Source of the DNA: Bacteroidales bacterium
GTDB taxonomy: Bacteria; Bacteroidota; Bacteroidia; Bacteroidales; UBA932
Direction of reading: 5' to 3'
DNA length: 64,000 nucleotides
NCBI GenBank assembly: GCA_017620335.1
Contig: JAFZQO010000043.1
Location: 13,653 to 77,652, forward strand
Shown: positions 19,773-29,024 of the stretch, one piece after another
Layout of the letters: the number at the start of each line of letters is the position of its first letter
Position numbering within the stretch: position 1 is the stretch's first letter
Made by a program: the position numbers and the translations under genes
The notes under the pieces: model-generated
Told to the model about the DNA's origin: nothing
Databases searched by the model: none
The model's input: the letters and a program-made list of their open reading frames with translations, nothing else

Positions 19773-20705
19773 CTATGAATTCTTCCACCGGACGCGCAGC
19801 TGGTCGCCGATGATCTCCCTGACCTCGCGGACCAGTTCCTCATCCGGCGGTGTCTGCACGTTCTCAATGTTTTTCCGGACATTCTCCGGATTGGCCGAGC
19901 TGAACAGGGTCGTTGCGATACGCGGGTTGGACACCGCGTACTGTACGGCCAGTTTCTCGATGGGGTAGCCTTTGGCAGCGCAGTGGGCTGCGGCGCGGGC
20001 GCAGGCCTCAACGAGCCTGCGGTCCGCCGGGTGCCACGGCGGCACGCCGCGGCTGGAGAGCAGCCCCATGGACAGTGGCGATGCGTTGATGATGCCGATG
20101 CCACGGCTCTCGAACCAGTCGAAATACTCCGTCAGCAGGTCGTCGTTGAGGCAGTAGTGACAGAAGCAGAGTATGGACTCCACCGTCCCCTCCGGCACAT
20201 GCTCCACTACCCATTGGAGGTTCTCGGGCTGGAGGTCGGTGATGCCCACGTGGCCCACGACGCCCTTCTCCCGCAGCTCAACAAGCGCAGGAAGGGTCTC
20301 GCCGGCCACCTGTCGCAGGTCCGCGAACTCAATGTCGTGGACGTTGATCAGGTCGATGAAATCTATCCCGAGACGGTCCATGCTCTCATAGACGCTTTCC
20401 ACAGCCCTCTTGGCGCTGTAGTCCCAAGTGTTCACCCCATCCTTGCCGTAGCGGCCGACCTTGGTGGAGAGATAGTATTTCTCCCGTGGAATATCACGAA
20501 GGGCCTTGCCTAGCACAGTCTCGGCCTTGTAATGACCGTAGTAGGGCGACACGTCGATGAAGTTGAGCCCGCCGTCCACGGCGGCGTGCACCGCTTCAAT
20601 GGCTTCCGCCTCCTTTATGGCGTGGAACACGCCGCCGAGAGAGGAAGCCCCGAACGAGAGCGCGGACACGCGCATCCCGGTCTTTCCTATTTCCCTGTAC
20701 TCCAT
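19773..20705 (-). CDS. Aldo/keto reductase
   Basis: MEYREIGKTGMRVSALSFGASSLG, FIDVSPYYG, YLSTKVGR, LINVHD: canonical AKR order. 1-nt gap to the downstream ADH. Confidence 0.8.
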   Translation of the reverse strand: MEYREIGKTGMRVSALSFGASSLGGVFHAIKEAEAIEAVHAAVDGGLNFIDVSPYYGHYKAETVLGKALRDIPREKYYLSTKVGRYGKDGVNTWDYSAKRAVESVYESMDRLGIDFIDLINVHDIEFADLRQVAGETLPALVELREKGVVGHVGITDLQPENLQWVVEHVPEGTVESILCFCHYCLNDDLLTEYFDWFESRGIGIINASPLSMGLLSSRGVPPWHPADRRLVEACARAAAHCAAKGYPIEKLAVQYAVSNPRIATTLFSSANPENVRKNIENVQTPPDEELVREVREIIGDQLRVRWKNS

Positions 20706-22412
20706 TTATCTGACTTCGATGACGCTTCCGTGCTCGCGGGCCACGACCTCCTTCCAGAGATCGTTGTATCCGCCATATACGAGCCCCTTGGGCGTGCCGT
20801 CATGGTACTCGGTGTGGCTGAAGGAACCGTCCTCCTCCTGGGCCTTGATGTTGCCGTCGATGAACTTTACGAGGAGGGTCTCCTCGAGCTTCGACCAATC
20901 CGCGAACTGCTTCTGGGCGGTGTCGACGGTGTAGCGCGTCAGGGCCTTGCGCAGCTTGCGAAGCGCGCCTTTCTTAGGCTTGTATGCCTTGAGCAGTTTC
21001 TCGTCGTTCTCCTTCACCTTGCTGAACATCTGCTCGTTCTCGAACCTGTCAGCGGCCTCGCGCACGAACGGGGCCATCCTGTCGTACATCTTGTAGCAGG
21101 CGTTGGCCACGCGGTTGCACATCCAGAAGGTCGAGGTGGGGGAGTAGTGCAGCATGTCGCCGTTGCCGACGCGCAGGCACTCGGGCACGTCCGTGGTATT
21201 GACATATATCGGAGTCAGATAGGAGGTCGCGGCGTCGTCGCAGCCGAACCAAAGCAGGCTGCCGATCTCGTCGGGGAGCCAGCCGCGGGCCTGTCCCACG
21301 AACCAGAATCCGGTCTGCTGGGTGGCGATGGCGCGCTCGTTGACATAGGTCTTGCCGTCCACGGTGAAGTTCATCGGCCTCCAGCGGTAAGGCAGGGCGT
21401 TGCCGCCCGCGCCGATGTCCTGCGTCATGTCCATAGGCGTACCCTCGTAATGGTCGCGCATGACGTCGGCGACGTCCTTGACCGTGATCTTGCGGGAAGG
21501 CTTCACGAAGAGAGGCATCTCGCCCTTGAGGTCGTATCCCATGGCGTAGTCGAGCCAGTCGGAAGCGGGGGCGCTGACTTCATTGCCGTCCGCATCCATG
21601 TAGGTGAAGACTCCGTCGCAGAGGATGTTGAAAGCGCTCCATGCACGGGCGTCGCAGCCGCGCGCGCCGCCGAAATCCAGGGGATTGTAGGCGTCGCGGA
21701 AGCTGAAGCCAGCGTCGTCTCCCTCGTACCAGCCCATTTTGCGGGCGTAGGAGATGACGTCGGGAGAGAAGAGGCAGTTCTCCGGATCATCCTGCGGGAA
21801 AGTCGTGATGCGGGCCTGGTTGGCGTGCGCGCAGATGTACCCGTCGGGTACACGGCGCGCCACCCATACGATGCCTTTCTCCTCTCCCTTGCCAACGAGG
21901 TCCATCACCCAGGCCTCACTGGGATCCGCGATCGAGAAGGTCTCGCCCTCGGAGGGGTAGCCGTACTCGTTGGCGAGGGCCACGATGATGTCGATGGCCT
22001 CGCGGGCGGTGCGGGCGCGCTGCAGCGTGACATAGATGAGCGAGCCGTAGTCCATGATGCCGCCTTCATTGACCTGCTCCTCGCGGCCTCCCCAGGTCGT
22101 CTCGCCGATGATGAGCTGGTGCTCGTTCATGTTGCCGACGGTCTGGAAGGTGTGCGCGACCTGCGCGATGTCGCCGAGGGGCTTGTAGGTGTCCCACTCG
22201 ATGATGTTCAGGCGTGCGCCCGGCTTCCAGTCGGCCGCCTTGTGGAAGTACAGCTCGCCGAAGAGCACGTGCGAATCGGCGGCGTAGGATACCATGCAGG
22301 AGCCGTCGGCGCTGGCGCCGCGGGAAATGATGACGTTGGTGCAGGCGTCCGCCGCACCCTGCGGGACGAGCAGCAGGGCGGCGGCCAGGATGAGGATGTG
22401 GAGTCTTCTCAT
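20706..22412 (-). CDS. Secreted C69-family dipeptidase
   Basis: Signal peptide ends directly at the Ntn nucleophile (ADACTNVII). 568 aa with C69-like motifs throughout. Its stop abuts the AKR start (0-nt gap). Confidence 0.8.
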   Translation of the reverse strand: MRRLHILILAAALLLVPQGAADACTNVIISRGASADGSCMVSYAADSHVLFGELYFHKAADWKPGARLNIIEWDTYKPLGDIAQVAHTFQTVGNMNEHQLIIGETTWGGREEQVNEGGIMDYGSLIYVTLQRARTAREAIDIIVALANEYGYPSEGETFSIADPSEAWVMDLVGKGEEKGIVWVARRVPDGYICAHANQARITTFPQDDPENCLFSPDVISYARKMGWYEGDDAGFSFRDAYNPLDFGGARGCDARAWSAFNILCDGVFTYMDADGNEVSAPASDWLDYAMGYDLKGEMPLFVKPSRKITVKDVADVMRDHYEGTPMDMTQDIGAGGNALPYRWRPMNFTVDGKTYVNERAIATQQTGFWFVGQARGWLPDEIGSLLWFGCDDAATSYLTPIYVNTTDVPECLRVGNGDMLHYSPTSTFWMCNRVANACYKMYDRMAPFVREAADRFENEQMFSKVKENDEKLLKAYKPKKGALRKLRKALTRYTVDTAQKQFADWSKLEETLLVKFIDGNIKAQEEDGSFSHTEYHDGTPKGLVYGGYNDLWKEVVAREHGSVIEVR

Positions 22413-22435
22413 TTTGCAGTTATTTAATTATTGTG

Positions 22436-22443
22436 TATTTTTG
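22436..22443 (+). promoter_or_regulatory. -7 promoter box (TATTTTTG)
   Basis: Matches TAnnTTTG, 43 nt upstream of the ATG at 22487. Confidence 0.4.
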
Positions 22444-22486
22444 TAGTCTGAACCATTGATTACAAATTTAAAAACTTTTTGGCAGT

Positions 22487-22900
22487 ATGCGTCGGATTAT
22501 CCGCTCAATCGTACTTTGCACCGTCCTTTTCGCCGGCTTTTCGCTCAGCCTGGCGGCACAGGAGATGACGGCTGAGGAGAAAAAGGCCGAGAAGGACTTC
22601 CACGATTCCGTCGAGAGGGAAATAGACCGCCTGACCAACCTCCTCAAGCTCGAGGACTGGCAGGTCTTCTACGTCGATTCCATCCTCAACCATGACTACA
22701 AGGCCATGCAGGCGGAGCTGAAGGTCCTCCAGGACCAGAAGGTCTCCAATACCGACATGTACTACGACATCCAGTACAAGTGGCAGGACAAGATCTACGA
22801 GGCCTACGAAAAGCTCTTCGACGAGAGCCAGTGGGCCAAGTACCTCAAGAGCGGAGCCGCCAGGGACAAGAAGGCCCGCGACAAGAAGCGGGCGAAATAA
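22487..22900 (+). CDS. Small secreted helical, Lys-rich protein of unknown function
   Basis: Signal peptide (LSLAAQE). Charged helical body and a KKARDKKRAK tail. No family recognised. Confidence 0.5.
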   Translation: MRRIIRSIVLCTVLFAGFSLSLAAQEMTAEEKKAEKDFHDSVEREIDRLTNLLKLEDWQVFYVDSILNHDYKAMQAELKVLQDQKVSNTDMYYDIQYKWQDKIYEAYEKLFDESQWAKYLKSGAARDKKARDKKRAK

Positions 22901-22924
22901 GATGGTCCAGGTAAATTGAAAGAC

Positions 22925-23959
22925 ATGAGAGAAGAGATTCAGAAAGTCCTTGCAGAGATCACGGATCTCAAGTGCAGGACGCAGAAGGAAGTTGAGGAGG
23001 CCCGCGTGCGCTTCCTCGGAAAGAAGGGAGAGGTGACGAAGCTTTTCGACGAGTTCCGCGCCCTTGACAAGGAGGCCAAGAAGGAGTTCGGCCGTACCCT
23101 CAACGAGCTGAAGAACGCCGCGATGGCCAAGATTGAGGAGTTCAAGGGCTCCGTCGCCGACGAGGGAGCCTCGGAAGGCCCCAAGAATGACCTTACCATG
23201 CCCGGAGACCCGTTCGAGCTCGGTTCGCGCCATCCCGTGTCCATCGTCCGTCAGCAGATCGTGGACATTTTCCGCAAGTTCGGTTACGACGTTGCCGAGG
23301 GTCCCGAGATCGAGGACGACTACCACGTCTTCGAGGCCCTGAACTTCCCGCAGAACCATCCCGCCCGCGACATGCAGGACACTTTCTTCATTTCCGCAGG
23401 CCATCCCAATCCGCTGCTCCTCCGCACCCACACCTCCTCGGTGCAGGTCCGCTCGATGGAGACCATGAAGCTCCCCATCCGCGTCATCTGCCCCGGCCGC
23501 GTCTTCCGCAACGAGGCCATCAGCGCCCGCGCGCACTGCATCTTCCACCAGGTGGAGGGCCTTTACATCGACGAGGGCGTGACCTTCGCCGACCTCAAGC
23601 AGGCGATCCTCCTTTTCGCCCGCGAGATGTTCGGTCCCGAGACCGAGATCCGCATGAGGCCGTCTTACTTCCCCTTCACCGAGCCTTCGGCTGAGGTGGA
23701 CGTCAGCTGCAACATCTGCCACGGCAAGGGCTGCAACATCTGCAAGGGCACCGGCTGGCTGGAGATCCTCGGCTGCGGCATGGTTGACCCCAACGTCCTC
23801 GAGGCCAGCGGCATAGACTCGAAGAAGTACACCGGCTTCGCCTTCGGCATGGGCCTGGAGCGCATCGCCATGCTCAAATGGCGCGTCAACGACCTGCGCC
23901 ACTACTTCGAAAACGACATGCGATTCCTCAAGGAGTTCGACACTGCGGTCGAGGTGTAA
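22925..23959 (+). CDS. pheS: Phenylalanine--tRNA ligase alpha subunit
   Basis: HP(V/L)..., FPQNHPARDMQDTFF, LLRTHTS, GRVFRNE, FHQVEG, FPFTEPSAEVD, GCGMVDP, GFAFGMGLERI: class II motifs 1-3 of PheS. ATG at 22925 is preferred over TTG at 22916. Confidence 0.95.
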   Translation: MREEIQKVLAEITDLKCRTQKEVEEARVRFLGKKGEVTKLFDEFRALDKEAKKEFGRTLNELKNAAMAKIEEFKGSVADEGASEGPKNDLTMPGDPFELGSRHPVSIVRQQIVDIFRKFGYDVAEGPEIEDDYHVFEALNFPQNHPARDMQDTFFISAGHPNPLLLRTHTSSVQVRSMETMKLPIRVICPGRVFRNEAISARAHCIFHQVEGLYIDEGVTFADLKQAILLFAREMFGPETEIRMRPSYFPFTEPSAEVDVSCNICHGKGCNICKGTGWLEILGCGMVDPNVLEASGIDSKKYTGFAFGMGLERIAMLKWRVNDLRHYFENDMRFLKEFDTAVEV

Positions 23960-23972
23960 TTTTTCAAAAAAA

Positions 23973-24004
23973 GTTTGGAGAATACAAAAAACTTCGTACC
24001 TTTG
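23973..24004 (+). promoter_or_regulatory. Bacteroidota sigma-A-type promoter (-33 TTTG / -7 TACCTTTG) for tRNA-Gly
   Basis: TTTG at 23973-23976 and TACCTTTG at 23997-24004 with a 20-nt spacer. The tRNA starts 21 nt after the -7 box. Confidence 0.6.
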
Positions 24005-24024
24005 TCATCCCGAAAGGAACGAAC

Positions 24025-24100
24025 GCGGAAATAGCTCAGTTGGTAGAGCGCAACCTTGCCAAGGTTGAGGTCGCGGGTCCGAGCCCCGTTTTCCGCTCCA
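24025..24100 (+). tRNA. tRNA-Gly (anticodon GCC), CCA encoded
   Basis: Hand-folded cloverleaf: acceptor GCGGAAA/TTTCCGC, D-stem GCTC/GAGC, anticodon stem CAACC/GGTTG with loop TTGCCAA, T-stem GCGGG/CCCGT, discriminator T, then CCA. The T-loop reads TCCGAGC (C at position 55). Confidence 0.9.
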
Positions 24101-24134
24101 AAGAGGCCTTACAGATAGCTGTGAGGCCTTTTTT
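24101..24134 (+). terminator. Rho-independent terminator after tRNA-Gly
   Basis: AAGAGGCCTTACAG-ATAG-CTGTGAGGCCTTTT, a 14-bp stem (2 wobbles) running into a T tract. Confidence 0.75.
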
Positions 24135-24207
24135 AGTGTCCCCAAACAGGCTGCATCCTGCGACGGGGTTTATACCCCTTGTTGTTGGAAATATCTGAAT
24201 AATAGCG

Positions 24208-24215
24208 TATATTTG
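24208..24215 (+). promoter_or_regulatory. -7 promoter box (TATATTTG)
   Basis: Matches TAnnTTTG, 24 nt upstream of the ATG at 24240. Confidence 0.5.
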
Positions 24216-24239
24216 AGCATAACGCTAGTAGTAGTTATT

Positions 24240-27119
24240 ATGAAACGGACCCTTTCCCTCATTGCCTGCCTGTGCCTTGCCGTGCTGCAGGCATGCCATC
24301 CTGAACCTTTCCTATCTGTCAGCCCGTCCAGCCTGTCGTTCACTGAGGCCGGCGGCTCGCAGACCGTCCAGATATCGGCAAACTACGCCTGGACGGCGAG
24401 CGTAAGCAACGGCTTCTCGGTGTCGCCGAGCTCCGGCGAAGGCAACGGCTCGGTGACCGTTACCGCCGCCGCAGCCACTATGTCAGACCCCGTATCCGGC
24501 TCCCTCAGTGTCAAGAGCGAGGGCCTGCTTGAAAGCGTCTCCCTGACCCAGGATGCCAAGTCCACCATTCTTTTGGGCGATGCCATGAAAGTCCCGGCCG
24601 AAGGCGGTCCGTTGGAGATATCGGTCCAGTACAACACCGACTTCACGGTCGAAATCGAATCCTCTGCCCAGTCCTGGATCAAGTTCATCCAGACGAAGGC
24701 ATTGTCGAGCGGCAAGCTGGTGTTCGATATTGCGGTCAATGAAGGCGATGAGCGTAGCGGAAAGGTGACCGTCAAGGATAAAGGCGGCAAGGTTGCTCCC
24801 ATGTCCGTGACCATCATCCAAAAGGATGGAAAGCAACTGGTGATAACGGCCCGCGAGCGGGCGGCCCTGGAAGCTTTTTACAAAGCCAACGACGGAGACC
24901 ACTGGGAGAACAGGGAAAATTGGTGCACCGATGCACCGCTTGGCGATTGGCACGGAGTGACTATGTCGATTGACGGGGCGCATGTCATAAAATTAAAGTT
25001 GTCCGAGGTAGACGGGTATATTCCCAAGGAAATAACCGATCTGACCGAGTTGGAGGAACTGACCGTGATAAACAGGTTTTACCGTGCGGACAAGCCAAGT
25101 CCGATACCGGCAGAAATCGGACAGCTGAGCAAGCTCAAACGCTTTGATTTCCAGTTTTATTCGTTCAGCGGAACTTTGCCTGACGAGCTGTTCGACCTTA
25201 CCGGTCTGGAGTGCCTTAGCATAAAATATGCTGAAGACATGCAGGAGGCCACTATTCCTGCGTCAATCGGCAAATTGGTAAAACTCAATACTTTATGCTT
25301 GGGAAGGATGAACCTGACAGGGGAATTGCCTCCTGAAATCGGCAATCTGACAGGGCTTACGGAGTTGATTCTGTTCGGAAACAATCTGACAGGAGGCATC
25401 CCGGACTCTTTTGGCAGTCTCCTCAACTTGGAGACGGTTGATCTCGACTGTAACCAACTCTCCGGAGAGATACCGCCCTCCTTTTTCAGGGTAAAAAACT
25501 ATTGGAGGCTTTGGCCGAAGATTATCTGGGGCAATAATTTCACCCAGGACAATGTCAGGAACGCCATGATACCGGCACCTGTCAGTCCTCCTGTCAAGAT
25601 GCTTTCAGGGAGGACGCTGAATCTTGAAGAAGAGTTCGCCAAAAACAAGTATACGATTCTTTTCAAAGTCGCCCCTTCCGGCAACGGAGCGGAGATATTG
25701 GAGCAGTTGGCATCCTTGTACAGGGAGAAGAAGGACGAAGGATTGGGGATAATCACATATCTGAATAACAATATATCCAGGGAACCCGAAAAGACAAAGT
25801 ATGATGAGGATTTCAAGCTCGTCCTGGAGGAATGCGGCGCTGAATGGGATTCCTTTATCCGATACGTGTATGATGATTACGATGGCGGGGCGCCGTTCTA
25901 TGCCAACAGGGGTGAGCCGATATATCCTTATGGGAGCGTTGATGAACTCGTTGTCGTAGGTCCTGACGGGACGGTCTGTTACACGACCTTGGTGGACAGC
26001 CAGAGTCAGGATAGGGTGGATCTGCAGAATGCCTTGGGATATATCCGTGGAATATTCAACGCTGCAGAAGAGCCGTATTCGTCTTCAAGCTTTGCAGAAG
26101 ACGGCAAGGTGACCGTGCTACAGAAAGCTTCCGTTGGCCAAGGTATTGATTTTGTCGTTACAGGCGATGCGTTCTCGGACAGGATGATCGCTGACGGAAC
26201 GTTCAGGAAGTCGGCGGAACAGGCTGTCGAGGACTTTTTCTCCGTAGAACCTTATAAGTCGATGCGGAACCGTTTCAACGTCTATCTCGTCAATGCCGTT
26301 TCTACGAATGAAGGCTATTTCCGCGGCAACTCTACGGTTTTCTCCGGATATTTCAGCGGTGCAACCGGCCTTGGCGGCGATATCACGACAGCCCTTAAAT
26401 ATGCATCCAAGGCTGTTGGTGAGTCCCGTATGGATGACGTTGTCGTCCTTGTACTGATGAACACCAGGCGAAGCGGAGGAACGGCATACATGCTGGACGC
26501 TGCAAACCAGAACACTTATGCCGGAGGCGCATCAGTGTCGTTCGTCCCTTATGTTGGTGTCATTGTCCGGGAAAACGGAATGTCGCGAAAGGCGGGAGTA
26601 GTCATTCACGAAGCTGCCGGACATGGCTTCGGAAAACTGGCTGACGAGTATGCGGCCATAGACTATGGAAAAATCAGTGCCGAGAGAATCGCCATCCTCA
26701 AAGAAAAACAGAAGAGTGGTCTCTATATGAATGTCGATACTACGGACGATCCGGAAAAGGTACTGTGGTCCGACTTCATAGGAGATTCCAGATACTCCGA
26801 AGAGAAGATAGGTACCTATGAGGGAGGATTTACATACTATTCCGGAATCTGGAGGCCCACACAGCAGAGTGTGATGAATGCAAATGATATCTATTCCACT
26901 TTCAACGCTCCTTCCCGCGCCCAGATTTACAAACGGATCATGAAGCTCTCCGAGGGACAATCGTGGGAGTTCGATTACGAGACCTTCGTGAAGTGGGACA
27001 AGGCCCATCCCGACAAGAAGGCCGCCAGGCGGAAGAGCATGGTGGAGATTGACCCGGAAGAATCAGTACATACCCTGCCTGTCATGGTCGGAAAGACCTG
27101 GCGTGAGATGATGAGATGA
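24240..27119 (+). CDS. Multidomain surface lipoprotein: 2x BACON-like, leucine-rich repeats, thioredoxin-like-sized linker and a C-terminal M64 (IgA-peptidase)-like metalloprotease domain
   Basis: Lipobox LQAC. BACON-like segments (SPSSLSFTEAGGSQTV...WTASVS...VSLTQ, then a second copy). An LRR cap (ERAALEAFYKANDGDHWENRENWCTDAPLGDWHGV) followed by LxxLxLxxNxLTGxIP repeats. C-terminus VVIHEAAGHGFGKLADEY resembles the M64 HEFGHxxxxLxDEY zinc site but carries one extra residue. Confidence 0.7.
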   Translation: MKRTLSLIACLCLAVLQACHPEPFLSVSPSSLSFTEAGGSQTVQISANYAWTASVSNGFSVSPSSGEGNGSVTVTAAAATMSDPVSGSLSVKSEGLLESVSLTQDAKSTILLGDAMKVPAEGGPLEISVQYNTDFTVEIESSAQSWIKFIQTKALSSGKLVFDIAVNEGDERSGKVTVKDKGGKVAPMSVTIIQKDGKQLVITARERAALEAFYKANDGDHWENRENWCTDAPLGDWHGVTMSIDGAHVIKLKLSEVDGYIPKEITDLTELEELTVINRFYRADKPSPIPAEIGQLSKLKRFDFQFYSFSGTLPDELFDLTGLECLSIKYAEDMQEATIPASIGKLVKLNTLCLGRMNLTGELPPEIGNLTGLTELILFGNNLTGGIPDSFGSLLNLETVDLDCNQLSGEIPPSFFRVKNYWRLWPKIIWGNNFTQDNVRNAMIPAPVSPPVKMLSGRTLNLEEEFAKNKYTILFKVAPSGNGAEILEQLASLYREKKDEGLGIITYLNNNISREPEKTKYDEDFKLVLEECGAEWDSFIRYVYDDYDGGAPFYANRGEPIYPYGSVDELVVVGPDGTVCYTTLVDSQSQDRVDLQNALGYIRGIFNAAEEPYSSSSFAEDGKVTVLQKASVGQGIDFVVTGDAFSDRMIADGTFRKSAEQAVEDFFSVEPYKSMRNRFNVYLVNAVSTNEGYFRGNSTVFSGYFSGATGLGGDITTALKYASKAVGESRMDDVVVLVLMNTRRSGGTAYMLDAANQNTYAGGASVSFVPYVGVIVRENGMSRKAGVVIHEAAGHGFGKLADEYAAIDYGKISAERIAILKEKQKSGLYMNVDTTDDPEKVLWSDFIGDSRYSEEKIGTYEGGFTYYSGIWRPTQQSVMNANDIYSTFNAPSRAQIYKRIMKLSEGQSWEFDYETFVKWDKAHPDKKAARRKSMVEIDPEESVHTLPVMVGKTWREMMR

Positions 27120-27146
27120 TACTTGTTCCTTTTGGATAATCCAATT

Positions 27147-27181
27147 AAAAAAGCCGCCTGCAGTGCTGCAGGCGGCTTTTT
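27147..27181. terminator. Bidirectional Rho-independent terminator
   Basis: AAAAAA-GCCGCCTGCAG-tg-CTGCAGGCGGC-TTTTT, between convergent genes ending at 27119 and 27203. Confidence 0.85.
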
Positions 27182-27202
27182 CCGTTCATGCGTGGTACAT
27201 TT

Positions 27203-27868
27203 TTACATGGTGTAGACGACACCTATGGTAAAGTAGCTGACGTCCACGCCGCCCTCGGGCATGAGCCTGCTGGACTTGGGGTAGTACCTGACGTAAATAC
27301 CGGTGTCATCATAAATGAGGTAGCCCAGGAAGTTGTAGTTGAACTTGTTGAACTGTGCGCCCTTGTCGATGTCCTTGTTCTTCTTGCCGTCGACGAAATA
27401 CTTGTCCTTTACACGGCCGGGGAGGTTGTAGTTGGCCTCCGCACCGCCACCGATCTTGACGCTTCCAGCTGCGATGTTGAGCGTGACGGGAGCGCTGAAG
27501 GTATTGGTCCTGAAACGGCTGAAGCTCTTCTTGGAGCTGTCGATATTCGGGAATTTCTCCTTGAACGGCATGGCCTTGACAATCTTGTTGTCAAGGTAGA
27601 AGGCGTCCTCCTTGGAAGTGAAGTCCACGGTCTTGTAGTCGACGCCGATCTCGATGCCGAAAGCTTCCACCGGGTACACCTTGAGGCTCGCGATGTTGAC
27701 GAAGAATTCGCCGCTGGCGGAAGGGTTGAAATCACTGGTCTTGACGGCGTTGTATCCGAATCCGATGTGCGAGAGTGCCTCAAAGGAGGACACCGCCTGC
27801 GCGGAGGAAAGCGTCTGGGACAGGGGCAGCGCCACGAGGACGCTCAGAATCATTAAAGCTTTCTTCAT
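27203..27868 (-). CDS. Small outer-membrane beta-barrel (OmpW/porin-like) protein
   Basis: ATG at 27868 gives MKKALMILSVLVALPLSQTLSSAQA (signal peptide). Alternating hydrophobic beta-strand pattern over ~220 aa. An aromatic residue (Tyr) sits two positions before the C-terminus (...VVYTM). Confidence 0.6.
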   Translation of the reverse strand: MKKALMILSVLVALPLSQTLSSAQAVSSFEALSHIGFGYNAVKTSDFNPSASGEFFVNIASLKVYPVEAFGIEIGVDYKTVDFTSKEDAFYLDNKIVKAMPFKEKFPNIDSSKKSFSRFRTNTFSAPVTLNIAAGSVKIGGGAEANYNLPGRVKDKYFVDGKKNKDIDKGAQFNKFNYNFLGYLIYDDTGIYVRYYPKSSRLMPEGGVDVSYFTIGVVYTM

Positions 27869-27897
27869 TTGTAACTGCATAAATAGTTTTCCGGGCA

Positions 27898-27905
27898 CAA
27901 AGATA
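27898..27905 (-). promoter_or_regulatory. -7 promoter box for the beta-barrel gene
   Basis: CAAAGATA on + strand equals TATCTTTG on the - strand, 30 nt upstream of the ATG at 27868. Confidence 0.45.
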
Positions 27906-27917
27906 AGCGGAAAACGG

Positions 27918-29015
27918 CTATTTCACAAACACCTCCATCAGGGGACGGTTGTGGATCACCCCCTTGTTGTTGCGGTCCGCGAAGCCGAACTGCGAGTTGT
28001 ACTCCCACATCGAGTAGGGGATGCCGTTCTCGCGGGCGACGTCCACGACGTCCTTGAGCCAAGCGAGGCGGACTTCCTCGCCGCAGTTGACCATGCAGCC
28101 GAACTCGCCAAGGTAGAGGGTGAGGCCCTTCTCCTTCGCGTAGTCGATGGCTTCCTTCCACTGGGCGCGGATCCAATCCTTGTCATAACTGTGGTTGTAC
28201 GGCTCCACGACGGCCTTTTCCTCGTCGTTCAGGGCCTCATACACGGAATCGGGGATCAGCTGTCCCGGATACTGCATGGGACCGTTGAACTTGAGGATCC
28301 TGAGCGGGGTCCACGAAGCCTGGTAGTGCGTGATGAGCAGGGGCTCGTAGAAGTGGAAGGCAAGGATGATGTTCTTGTCTCCCTCCGGAACCTTGATGTT
28401 CTTGACGTGTCCCACCTGGTTCTGCATGTTGGCTCCGAAGACGACCACGCGGTCCTTCTCGGTCTCGCGCACCATCGCCAGGAGGCGGAGCATCAAATCG
28501 GACCACTGTTCGTCGGTCGGAGCGACGGCCTCGTTCAGGAACTCATACGCGACGTCCGTGACGGGATACTCGCAGAGTATGCCCTGGATGTCGCGCCACA
28601 TGTTGACGAGCTTGTCCTGTTCCTCCTCGCTCTTCCATAGCGGGGCGTCGTTGTCCAGGAAGTTGAACGAACGCAGGATATGGAGGTCGAAGATGACCTT
28701 CAGCCCGTGCTCGATGCAGCTCCCGATGGTCTTGTGGATGAGGGCTACGGTGCTCTCGTTCAGGGTCATGTCCCTGTTGAAGAGCTGTGACTCGTCGACC
28801 GGGAGGCGGATGTGGTCGAAACCGTTCGAGACCAGCAGTTCGATGTCCTCGTCGGTGAAGATCTTCTCGCGCTGCTCGCCCATCACCCAGCTCTGGGAGA
28901 GCCAGTTGCCTACGTTCACGCCCTGGTGGAAGTCGAACTTGGTCGCCTTGTTGCCGGCGCATCCGGCGAGCAGGAGTGCCGCGGCGGAAATGATTATGAT
29001 GGAAAGTCTTTTCAT
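27918..29015 (-). CDS. GH5 (cellulase-family) glycoside hydrolase lipoprotein
   Basis: Lipobox LLAGC. GVNVGNWL, GFDHIRLPV, VIFDLH, YEFLNEA (acid/base Glu), AFHFYEP, LYLGEFG (nucleophile Glu), SMWEY: classic GH5 signature order. Confidence 0.85.
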   Translation of the reverse strand: MKRLSIIIISAAALLLAGCAGNKATKFDFHQGVNVGNWLSQSWVMGEQREKIFTDEDIELLVSNGFDHIRLPVDESQLFNRDMTLNESTVALIHKTIGSCIEHGLKVIFDLHILRSFNFLDNDAPLWKSEEEQDKLVNMWRDIQGILCEYPVTDVAYEFLNEAVAPTDEQWSDLMLRLLAMVRETEKDRVVVFGANMQNQVGHVKNIKVPEGDKNIILAFHFYEPLLITHYQASWTPLRILKFNGPMQYPGQLIPDSVYEALNDEEKAVVEPYNHSYDKDWIRAQWKEAIDYAKEKGLTLYLGEFGCMVNCGEEVRLAWLKDVVDVARENGIPYSMWEYNSQFGFADRNNKGVIHNRPLMEVFVK

Positions 29016-29024
29016 GACAATCGT

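Noticed and set aside
18752-20104. N-terminally extended ORF versions. Examples are the 450-aa form of the Zn-ADH, 44325.. for prs, 47318.. for glgB, 57962.. for ribF, 52594.. for GH57 and 38405.. for rlmH.
   Set aside because: The extensions overlap the upstream gene and are Arg/Pro/Ser-rich low-complexity sequence. Each is followed by an internal ATG that gives the canonical family N-terminus with a short spacer to the upstream stop.
18752-22412. The C69 dipeptidase / aldo-keto reductase / Zn-ADH operon (0-1 nt spacers) upstream of SusC/SusD, considered as a possible novel pathway.
   Set aside because: All three are common, individually well-known families. The tight spacing alone does not indicate a new system, and no linking chemistry can be argued from the sequence.
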